Shown here one piece after another: positions 1 to 6,867 of a stretch of 13,311 bases of DNA (positions are counted from its first letter, which is position 1; each line of letters starts with the position of its first letter). A program made the translations under genes and the position numbers. Origin of the DNA: Nitrosopumilaceae archaeon (GTDB lineage: Archaea; Thermoproteota; Nitrososphaeria; Nitrososphaerales; Nitrosopumilaceae); NCBI GenBank assembly GCA_052389415.1, contig JBQTHX010000012.1:1-13311 (forward strand), in the 5' to 3' direction. The notes beneath the pieces are model-generated. The model searched no databases and was not told the origin of the DNA. It saw only the letters and a list, made by a program, of their open reading frames with translations.

Positions 1-372
1 GGATTTATCTTTCTTGAACCATTTCTTATTTGGGAAATCCAGAGAGGGGACATCACAGGGTTCTCACTTATTATCATAGTTTCTGCCCTTTCTGGAATTG
101 TAGGAAGCATGAGTATGTTTAGAATAAGGATGTTGAATGCAAAAAAGCTAAATGTAGGCATTGCAGGCCCGATAATTGGTGTAAGTGCGGGGGCATGTAG
201 TTGTGGACCAATCGGTTTTGCAATAGTTTCTACCTTTGGCTCAGCCGGAGGAATTACTACAGCATTTCTAACAAATTATGAAATTCCATTAAGGTTGGTA
301 AGTATAGGGATTTTGGTAATAACATATTATTTTACATCAAGGGTTATAACTTCACAGTGCAAAATCCAATAA
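1..372 (+). CDS. Membrane protein with intramembrane CSC motif, 5'-truncated by the window edge
   Basis: Frame 1 is open from base 1 (GFIFLEPFLIWEIQRGDITGFSLIIIVSALSGIVGS-MSMF...) to TAA at 370-372, so the track ORF 109..372 is only the C-terminal part. Several hydrophobic helices and a GACSCGP motif. Confidence 0.75.
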   Translation, partial: GFIFLEPFLIWEIQRGDITGFSLIIIVSALSGIVGSMSMFRIRMLNAKKLNVGIAGPIIGVSAGACSCGPIGFAIVSTFGSAGGITTAFLTNYEIPLRLVSIGILVITYYFTSRVITSQCKIQ

Positions 373-395
373 ATGATTTTGTAATTAGAATTTTA

Positions 396-427
396 TTTTG
401 ATCAAAAGGAATTTCACTGAGAAATTC
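396..427. promoter_or_regulatory. Two adjacent palindromes, possible operator upstream of ORF 447
   Basis: TTTTGATCAAAA (396-407, perfect 12 bp) and GAATTTC-ACTGA-GAAATTC (409-427, perfect 7-bp arms) lie 20-50 nt before the ATG at 447. Confidence 0.35.
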
Positions 428-446
428 TGCCTAATAGTTATATGTA

Positions 447-707
447 ATGAATGCTAAAAAAATCGAAATGAAGGAAATCGAGATTTATGAGGAAGCATTA
501 TCAGAATATCAAAAGGCACACAGATTGAAAAAACTAAATGAGCAGCTTAGCATTCATCTACATGATTCTATCTATTACCTGTTGAAATATTCAGAAAAAC
601 ATGATCTACCATTGCCAAATAAATCAGCACTTTTACAAATGATTGAAAATACCGATTATATCATAGACCAATTTGTTGCCGAGTCAAAAGTCAATCCTGG
701 GGTTTGA
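447..707 (+). CDS. Hypothetical helical protein, 86 aa
   Basis: ATG start, protein-like charged helical composition, no competing ORF. No family recognised. Confidence 0.65.
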   Translation: MNAKKIEMKEIEIYEEALSEYQKAHRLKKLNEQLSIHLHDSIYYLLKYSEKHDLPLPNKSALLQMIENTDYIIDQFVAESKVNPGV

Positions 708-863
708 CAAAAAATCAGCAAAAAATCCAAGAGAGCAAATTCACTAAAACCATAGACTCCTCAATTCTGATTCGTTTTACTAACAATTTTCACTCGAATT
801 ATCCTGATGCACTGGGTTTAAACGAGGTTTATCTCAATAGTTGATTTTCCATAAAAATTGAAT

Positions 864-1067
864 TTATGCCGAACCCTTGTACAAGATTAAATACTCGTCA
901 GGATTATTCTTGCTCTTCTTTGATCTCAAGGCTTCCTGGTACATCTCAAAATGTTCTATGAAATACAACTTTTTACCAGGTACCTCAAAAGGATCTATGC
1001 CAACTAGATTAAATCCTGACTCTGGAGTCAGAGCAATTCTTTCTTCCTCCGATATTTCTGAATCCAT
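864..1067 (-). CDS. Small hypothetical protein, 67 aa
   Basis: ATG start, acidic globular composition (GFNLVGIDPFE..GKKLYFIEHF). More protein-like than the overlapping + strand ORF 877..1092. Confidence 0.7.
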   Translation of the reverse strand: MDSEISEEERIALTPESGFNLVGIDPFEVPGKKLYFIEHFEMYQEALRSKKSKNNPDEYLILYKGSA

Positions 1068-1168
1068 TGCAAAGATTTTGGAATTGTCATAATTATTTGC
1101 TGTTGTTCCAGATCTGTCATTTTACATCAATACTAACAGTTTTTATGTGACAAAAAATGCTAAAAGTT

Positions 1169-1309
1169 ATGTCATCAGATAGACAAATGCATCCTGCTAC
1201 ATGTGCAGATTGCAAAAAAGAAACTCAGGTTCCTTTCAAGCCAACAGAAGGAAGACCGGTATACTGTCGTGAGTGCTTACCAAAACACCGCGGCGAAAGA
1301 AGATTTTAA
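1169..1309 (+). CDS. CxxC-x17-CxxC zinc-ribbon microprotein, 46 aa (not in ORF track)
   Basis: Manual translation MSSDRQMHPATCADCKKETQVPFKPTEGRPVYCRECLPKHRGERRF*. Exactly 17 residues separate the CxxC pairs, with the VPFKPxxxRPVYCRxC family signature. TATA-like TTTTATGT at 1141-1148; alternative in-frame ATG at 1157. Confidence 0.93.
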   Translation: MSSDRQMHPATCADCKKETQVPFKPTEGRPVYCRECLPKHRGERRF

Positions 1310-1415
1310 GCTGAAACACGTTTAAAATTATTTTTTATTTAATCAGAAATTTTTTCAAAACAATAAAATCAAAGATAAACATATTTACCAAACAAATAAC
1401 TGGTTTTGTAGACAA

Positions 1416-1622
1416 ATGAAAGACATTAATGAAATTATGCCAAAGGTTCAAAACATGAGGTGGGGGGCATTATTAAATAAATATCCTACAAGTGATAAAG
1501 TAAAATTGATGAATAAAATTTTTCCCCACAATGGCAAGTGGCACACAGTTTTTGAAGAAAAAGAACAAGTCTATGTTGACGGCGTCAGGATCTGGAAAAA
1601 AGACGTAAATGCGTGGACATAA
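1416..1622 (+). CDS. Small hypothetical protein, 68 aa, Trp-rich
   Basis: ATG start and coherent sequence (WGALLN, PHNGKWHTVFE, YVDG). Resembles conserved thaumarchaeal hypotheticals from memory, not from a search. Confidence 0.75.
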   Translation: MKDINEIMPKVQNMRWGALLNKYPTSDKVKLMNKIFPHNGKWHTVFEEKEQVYVDGVRIWKKDVNAWT

Positions 1623-1667
1623 TTTGACATAGAATTCGGCTTCAAAATAGCGGGAAAGATTTTAGAT

Positions 1668-2750
1668 TTATGCATGTACCTCAGCTGCAATTTTTGGATT
1701 TTTCTGATTTATCATTTTGGACAAGCCCCGCATGTAATTCTGGGCAAATGTGCTGACAGGTTGAGATGAGTACCAAACACAGCCAAGAACCTCACAGTCG
1801 TGGCATGTTTTTGCTATCTCCCATTGTGGAGCGCTCCATATTTCATCCACACTTTTTTCAAGTAAACTGTATGAACTCTCAGGGCTTGTATACTTCCAAC
1901 AGGGTACCATTACAGTACCATTTCCATTCACAAAGATGCTCTTCCACACGCCACACTCATCAAACATTCCCCTTCCGTGTTCTATTATCTGCTCAAAATA
2001 TTGTGGGGGAATCATTACTTGAGGATCTTTGTGGCTTTTGATATGTTCCAGAACACTATTGCATACCTTGACTATCGTTTCCCTGTCAGGAAGTAAGGAA
2101 TAATCTACATCTGATCTATCTTCTACAAATGTTAATGATACTGATCTTACTCCTAATTCTGTAGCTCGCTGAAAATATTTCTGATTGATAAATTCCTCTG
2201 TGTTGTATTTTGTAATTACGCTGTTAAAGTAATGTGGAACATTGTGTTGGTTTAATAATTCAAGATTTTCCATAACTTTGTAATACATCTGAGGAGCCAC
2301 TCCTCTAATCTTGCAGTATGGTTCTTCAAATACAGAATCTATGCTACAAGTGATAAACTGGATATATTTTTTTAATTCATCAAGATCAATCAAATGCAAG
2401 AGAGAACAATTTGTTATCAGGGTGATCGGAAAGTTCAGTTTGTAAAGATATCTAACTAATTCCATAAAATCTGGTCTGCTTGTTGGTTCACCACCTTCAA
2501 TTATTGACCACACGCAATACTTTGAAACCTTGTCAAAAATTGTCTTCCATTGTTCTGTGGTAAGATCGTTTTTTTTCGCCAATCTTATTTGGCCATCCTT
2601 GTCAGAATCTCCAAAAGGACACATTGGGCAAAAAAAATTGCAGTAATGAGTCAGACTAAAAACTGCGATAAGTGGACGTTTTCTTCCAATTGCTCTGTTA
2701 GCAGACCACTTGCCAATCTTACTAATTGTCTGAATTACATCCACAGGCAT
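1668..2750 (-). CDS. Radical SAM enzyme with C-terminal SPASM/twitch-like Fe-S domain (possibly related to archaeal PTO1314-family rSAMs)
   Basis: CxxxCxxC motif (CNFFCPMC), GGEP motif, ITN and SIDS strands, and C-terminal C...GTVMVPC...CHDCEVLGC. ATG at 2750 is preferred over TTG at 2768. The subfamily call is tentative. Confidence 0.9.
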   Translation of the reverse strand: MPVDVIQTISKIGKWSANRAIGRKRPLIAVFSLTHYCNFFCPMCPFGDSDKDGQIRLAKKNDLTTEQWKTIFDKVSKYCVWSIIEGGEPTSRPDFMELVRYLYKLNFPITLITNCSLLHLIDLDELKKYIQFITCSIDSVFEEPYCKIRGVAPQMYYKVMENLELLNQHNVPHYFNSVITKYNTEEFINQKYFQRATELGVRSVSLTFVEDRSDVDYSLLPDRETIVKVCNSVLEHIKSHKDPQVMIPPQYFEQIIEHGRGMFDECGVWKSIFVNGNGTVMVPCWKYTSPESSYSLLEKSVDEIWSAPQWEIAKTCHDCEVLGCVWYSSQPVSTFAQNYMRGLSKMINQKNPKIAAEVHA

Positions 2751-2944
2751 TATCTGTAATAAAATCAAAAATCTAATAAGAATTGTTTTCTAGTTTTCAT
2801 CCTTAGGGCTTCTTTTAGTTGAACCGCAAGCAAAAAATACGAATTTTCGTTAAAAAAATTATAAATAATATATTACGAATTGATTTATCCAAGTTAATAT
2901 TAAAAATACATAAAAAAATCTCTTTTATATAAAAATTTTATATT

Positions 2945-3691
2945 GTGATACTGTGTATCTATTGTGTGTTAGTGTTACACGATAATTTTATTATTAAATT
3001 GCAAAAGCATTTGGCATCAGTTGGAATGGATGCTGAATTGTTAGAGCCTGGAAGCATGGATTTTGAATATGATTATCCGAGAATTCCACTTACTGGGCCC
3101 ACTGAAGGAATTGCAAGCATGGGAGCAATGCGAGTAAGAGATGGTCATTTCACATATCTTGACGTATTAAAAAAGAAGGTTCTTGAAGAAAGTGGATTCT
3201 CTCCAGGTAGCACATATGGCTTGGGATTACACGAATACACTACATGGAAGATTAGATTCTTTTTGTCATTTCCATCTACGATCAAGATAGGCCCCTTAAA
3301 CATTGGAACCATAAGCAAAGTTCTAAAAGGCAAATTCCATTCAAAAATCGAAGATTTTGTTTGGAATGGATTTGGTAAACTAACAACGCTTCCACCCGGA
3401 CTTGTGTATGATGATGTGATATCTGCACTTGATTCTGATTCCAAACTTAAAGAATTAATGATGAAATCTCTCTTAAAAGAAAAAATAATCACTGTCGCTC
3501 ATTATTTTCCAAAAAAATCAAAAGAGCAAACGGGTGGACATCAGTCATTTGCTAAGGTGTTGATAACATCTGATTGGAAACCTCAGCATGATCTTTTAAT
3601 CGATAACAATACTGTGTTGACATATCAACAAATAGCAACTGATATCAAAAATGCAATTATCAGACTGCGATACGTACTCGAAAATAATTAA
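2945..3691 (+). CDS. Hypothetical protein, about 220-248 aa
   Basis: Long ORF with globular alpha/beta composition. The true start is more likely GTG 2972 or ATG 3026; TATA-like sequence lies at 2923-2944. No family recognised. Confidence 0.7.
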   Translation: MILCIYCVLVLHDNFIIKLQKHLASVGMDAELLEPGSMDFEYDYPRIPLTGPTEGIASMGAMRVRDGHFTYLDVLKKKVLEESGFSPGSTYGLGLHEYTTWKIRFFLSFPSTIKIGPLNIGTISKVLKGKFHSKIEDFVWNGFGKLTTLPPGLVYDDVISALDSDSKLKELMMKSLLKEKIITVAHYFPKKSKEQTGGHQSFAKVLITSDWKPQHDLLIDNNTVLTYQQIATDIKNAIIRLRYVLENN

Positions 3692-3792
3692 CCGGCATTT
3701 TGTTGCCAGTAATGTAACGTAAGTTCATTCTATGGTGGACAGATTACACATTGAAAAGAAAATATCTGGAGTTTTTCCTCCAACAATTTTTG

Positions 3793-4026
3793 CTAGTATT
3801 CTATTGCCATCAAGGTAAGAGTGGTTCTTACTCCTTCTAATTTTCTTATCCTCATAGTAATTGTTTCCCGAAGCTTGTCAATAGTAGGAGTCTGCACATC
3901 AACAATAATATCATAAGCTCCAAAAACACCACTCACATTTCTGACTCCCGGTATTGATTTTAAATCATTGATTATGGAGCCTTCTGAACCCATATCACAA
4001 TTAACCAGAACATACGCTGTGGGCAT
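3793..4026 (-). CDS. Stand-alone Lrp/AsnC ligand-binding (RAM) domain protein
   Basis: MPTAYVLVNC...GVFGAYDIIV...IRKLEGVRTTLTL is the RAM-domain pattern; no HTH domain. Confidence 0.92.
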   Translation of the reverse strand: MPTAYVLVNCDMGSEGSIINDLKSIPGVRNVSGVFGAYDIIVDVQTPTIDKLRETITMRIRKLEGVRTTLTLMAIEY

Positions 4027-4046
4027 GACTATATCACGTATACAAA

Positions 4047-4055
4047 ATATTTAAG
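4047..4055 (-). promoter_or_regulatory. Archaeal TATA box of the Lrp/AsnC gene
   Basis: CTTAAATAT on the minus strand begins 29 nt before the ATG at 4026, consistent with a leaderless transcript. Confidence 0.6.
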
Positions 4056-4118
4056 ATTCTATTTAACAGAAGTTACTAGGCGTACATGAATCATCAACGC
4101 TGCTAGGTTTGCCAAAAA

Positions 4119-4394
4119 TTATCGAATAGCAGACAACATCTTCATCGCCTTTTCTCTCGTGAGGGCAACCATTGTTTCTGTTTTTGCAATATCAATGCGT
4201 CCGGCTTTTAGGAACCATTCAAAGAGCTTTTCCTCGTTTGGCGCCTCTACTATCCATACAGCATCGTATCTTCCCATCGTCCAATAAGACGCTTTAATTT
4301 TGATGTATTTGGGGATATTTTTGAGAACTTTGCTTCCATATTCAGCAACCTCTTTAGCACTTTTTTTGAATTTCACCAATATCACAGCAATCAT
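4119..4394 (-). CDS. GYD-domain protein
   Basis: YWTMGRYDAVWIVEAP and TETMVA motifs. ATG at 4394 (MIAVILVKF) gives the typical ~90 aa size and is preferred over the 4439 start. Confidence 0.88.
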   Translation of the reverse strand: MIAVILVKFKKSAKEVAEYGSKVLKNIPKYIKIKASYWTMGRYDAVWIVEAPNEEKLFEWFLKAGRIDIAKTETMVALTREKAMKMLSAIR

Positions 4395-4678
4395 TATTTT
4401 AGATAAGAAGAATTTCAATAAAAACTGTTCTAAAACCAACTGAAAACTACTGATTCAATAATAAGTTTGATTAGGAACACTTGTGGGTTAATCTTAACTA
4501 GTTATCAGACTAAATTCAACGATTAAGCTCTTTTAATAAGAAAAAATCTCAAAAATTGAAACAAAAATTCTTTTTGATAAATTAATCACGAACTATTCAA
4601 GCTAGATAATCTATAGACATAATAATTTCTCTGCGACCAACAAATAACATATATTCGTAGCATATCAGTATCAAAATC

Positions 4679-5077
4679 ATGAAAGAATTTTTCAAAGAAC
4701 TATGCGAAAAGATAGTGGTGTTGGATCCTGCGATTCGATTTGTAGGTATTGCCGATGAAGAAGGCATTCTTGAGGCAGAAGCAGAAAGAAAGGGATTAAA
4801 AGCAATATTTTCACCGGATCAAAGAACAGAATATGCAATTACTGCTGCAAACAGGCAAGCAACACGCCTTCGATGGGAATATCTCTTAGGAAAGATCAGC
4901 TTTGCCACATCGCATTACGAAAAGTTAATCCGCGCTACAATACCAATTGCAGATGAAAACAGACGCCTTTCCCACGTGGTTCTGGTCTCATTTGATTCCC
5001 AAACAGATGCTGATGAAATAATTAGAAGGAAGATAATTCCTCTGATTATCGAAAACATGAAAAGTCTACTGGCATAA
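4679..5077 (+). CDS. DUF6659-type thaumarchaeal protein (roadblock/profilin-like fold expected)
   Basis: LCEKI...IRFVGIAD..G...RKGL and LGKI......YEKLIRATIP patterns, recognised from memory of this family. Confidence 0.75.
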   Translation: MKEFFKELCEKIVVLDPAIRFVGIADEEGILEAEAERKGLKAIFSPDQRTEYAITAANRQATRLRWEYLLGKISFATSHYEKLIRATIPIADENRRLSHVVLVSFDSQTDADEIIRRKIIPLIIENMKSLLA

Positions 5078-5185
5078 AAATTCGAAAAATATTCTAATTA
5101 TATGATATTATTTTTATTACATTTACCGATGTTCTGTAAAAAATTGGCATGAAATAACTAATTAATGAAAAATCTCTAGCTAGCT

Positions 5186-5194
5186 CTTAAATAT
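5186..5194 (+). promoter_or_regulatory. TATA box of a putative small transcript
   Basis: CTTAAATAT is identical to the box upstream of the Lrp gene. Predicted start about 5213-5217; ATG at 5217. Confidence 0.55.
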
Positions 5195-5214
5195 CTGAAA
5201 GAGCATAATACATA

Positions 5215-5350
5215 CAATGACATTTGTTGTCAGAGCAATGGATTGAACTAGCGTGGCCCCGCAGAAATCAATAACGTGAATGGCGCAATGGCGCTGATTT
5301 TTGGGTGGTAATCTCCCTTTGTTCTGCAAGAGGGTCACGCCATTATTTTA
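5215..5350 (+). ncRNA. Candidate structured RNA or regulatory leader of unknown family
   Basis: 5251-5340 is 48/90 G+C within AT-rich intergenic DNA. Stems: GCGTGGCCC/GGGTCACGC (5251-59/5332-40), GCAGAA/TTCTGC (5261-66/5322-27), ATCA/TGAT, GCGC-AATG-GCGC. G-U pairs favour the + strand. Flanked by a TATA box and a T-tract (5346-5349). Confidence 0.6.
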
Positions 5351-5353
5351 AAA
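5346..5353 (+). promoter_or_regulatory. TATA-like box for the SOD gene (may also terminate the upstream RNA)
   Basis: TTTTAAAA lies 24-31 nt upstream of the ATG at 5377. Confidence 0.5.
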
Positions 5354-5376
5354 CGGAATAGTGTAAACAATTTCCT

Positions 5377-6000
5377 ATGGGAAGATATGAAATTCCGCCA
5401 CTAAATTACACGTATGATTCACTAGAACCATATATTGATGCAAAAACGATGGAGATTCACCATTCAAAAATTCATCCTGCGTACGCTAACGGCATAAACA
5501 AGACACTTGAACGGATAAACGCACTCCAACACAAAAATTACATCACTTCAATTCTCTCTGATCTTACCTTGATCCCAGAAAATGTGAGAAAAGAAATAAA
5601 TTTTTTTGGTGGAGGATTTGATAATCACAGGCTATTCTGGGAAAGCATTAAACCTCACGGAGGAGGTGAACCAGGTGGAAATCTTGCTGATGAAATAAAA
5701 ATATATTTTAACAGTTTCAAAGAATTCAAAGAAAAGTTTTCCTATGCAAGTATGTCTATTCAGGGAAGTGGCTGGTCCTGGCTAGTTTACAATCAAACAT
5801 ATTCCAGACTAGAGATAAAGGCAATGCCTGATCAGACTAGCCCGTGGACTCTCCGATTAATCCCTCTCTTGGGTTTGGATCTATGGGAACATGCATATTA
5901 TTTGAAATACCAAAACAACCGCGAAGAATATGTTAAAGCATGGTGGAATATAATAAACTGGACAGAGATCGAAGAGAGATTTTTACGGGTCTCATCATGA
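5377..6000 (+). CDS. sod: Fe/Mn-family superoxide dismutase with Mn-type signature residues
   Basis: LEPYID..TMEIHH, NH.LFW, GSGWSWL and DLWEHAYY motifs; all four metal ligands are present. Confidence 0.95.
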   Translation: MGRYEIPPLNYTYDSLEPYIDAKTMEIHHSKIHPAYANGINKTLERINALQHKNYITSILSDLTLIPENVRKEINFFGGGFDNHRLFWESIKPHGGGEPGGNLADEIKIYFNSFKEFKEKFSYASMSIQGSGWSWLVYNQTYSRLEIKAMPDQTSPWTLRLIPLLGLDLWEHAYYLKYQNNREEYVKAWWNIINWTEIEERFLRVSS

Positions 6001-6097
6001 AATGGCCATTTTCATTAAAAATTGTCCTAAAAATAATAATTTGGATCGTGCTACGGAGAAATATCCTTATTACCCAAAATCACTATCTTATGTTATA

Positions 6098-6313
6098 ATG
6101 AAATTATATCTTGACTTTGAACCTTGCGAGGAATGCAAAACTCTGATTAAAGAGATTAGCGAAAGTGAAATTATTTCAAACGAACAAACAAAAGAAGAAG
6201 AATCAACCAAATTTCTCAGACATTTGACATATAATCACAGCGAAGTAGTCAAGGCAATAATCAAGGATATGCCAGTTCAGAAAAGGAAGCAGGAATTTGA
6301 CTGGTTCAGATAG
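6098..6313 (+). CDS. Small putative zinc-binding protein (CxxC ... HxxxxH), 71 aa
   Basis: MKLYLDFEPCEEC...FLRHLTYNH. ATG 6098 is preferred over 6002 because the extension looks like promoter-region sequence. Confidence 0.75.
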   Translation: MKLYLDFEPCEECKTLIKEISESEIISNEQTKEEESTKFLRHLTYNHSEVVKAIIKDMPVQKRKQEFDWFR

Positions 6314-6424
6314 CATCATTTTGACTCATTAACCCACGTATGGGAAATTCTAATTCTATGCAAATTCAGCTTTGTGTCTTTTGTGCACAATATTTTTTAA
6401 TCTGATTTTTACAAAAGACATCAA

Positions 6425-6805
6425 ATGAACTTAAAAGTCATTTCAGGTGCCTTTATTGTTATACTAATACTAGGTATTTCAGGTTCAAGTTTTTACAATG
6501 CTAATGCCTTGGGTAGGAATGAATCTATTATTCTCAAGAAGGATTTGAAATCGATTATGAATGATTATCAGCTGGCTATAGAAAAAGCGAGGGAAGATTT
6601 TGTGGCTTCAATAAAAAAGGCAAACCATGATGCGAAACTGGCTGTAAAAAAGGGGATTCCTATGGATGAGATAAATTCAGCCACAAAGTCAACCATCTCC
6701 AAAGCTAGAGCTGATCTCAAACTTGATATTCAACAGGCAAAGATAGAGGCAAAGACTATGTTATTACAGCTTAAAGCAGCGGTGGATAGAAATAAACTGT
6801 CATAA
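6425..6805 (+). CDS. Secreted or membrane-anchored helical (coiled-coil) protein
   Basis: N-terminal Lys plus hydrophobic stretch and an ANA-L signal peptidase-like site, followed by Ala/Lys-rich amphipathic helices. Confidence 0.8.
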   Translation: MNLKVISGAFIVILILGISGSSFYNANALGRNESIILKKDLKSIMNDYQLAIEKAREDFVASIKKANHDAKLAVKKGIPMDEINSATKSTISKARADLKLDIQQAKIEAKTMLLQLKAAVDRNKLS

Positions 6806-6867
6806 TTTTTTATTGAAAAAGCTATTAATTTTTTAAAGAATGGGCATCTGAGACAAATTGAAAATTT

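Noticed and set aside
877-1092. + strand 71-aa ORF
   Set aside because: Antisense shadow of the more protein-like ORF 864..1067.
1766-2759. + strand ORFs 1766..2041 and 2550..2759
   Set aside because: Antisense to the radical SAM gene; no motifs.
2769-2860. Possible RiPP precursor peptide upstream of the radical SAM gene
   Set aside because: Only short frames with no ATG or no precursor-like motif (e.g. TTG-start LAVQLKEALRMKTRKQFLLDF).
3145-3492. - strand 115-aa ORF
   Set aside because: Antisense shadow inside ORF 2945..3691.
5251-5340. Hammerhead ribozyme, C/D or H/ACA guide RNA
   Set aside because: No CUGANGA core on either strand, no RUGAUGA C box, and no ACA box after the basal stem.
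5251-5342. tRNA- or tmRNA-like reading of the structured element (ends ...CACGCCA)
   Set aside because: No GTTCRANYC T-loop, D-arm or 7-nt anticodon loop, and the CCA overlaps the closing stem without a discriminator base.
5217-5351. Selenocysteine or read-through ORF (three in-frame TGA codons at 5244, 5277 and 5295 near a hairpin)
   Set aside because: The frame ends at TAA 5349-5351, is out of frame with sod, has no selenoprotein motif, and this lineage is not known to use Sec.
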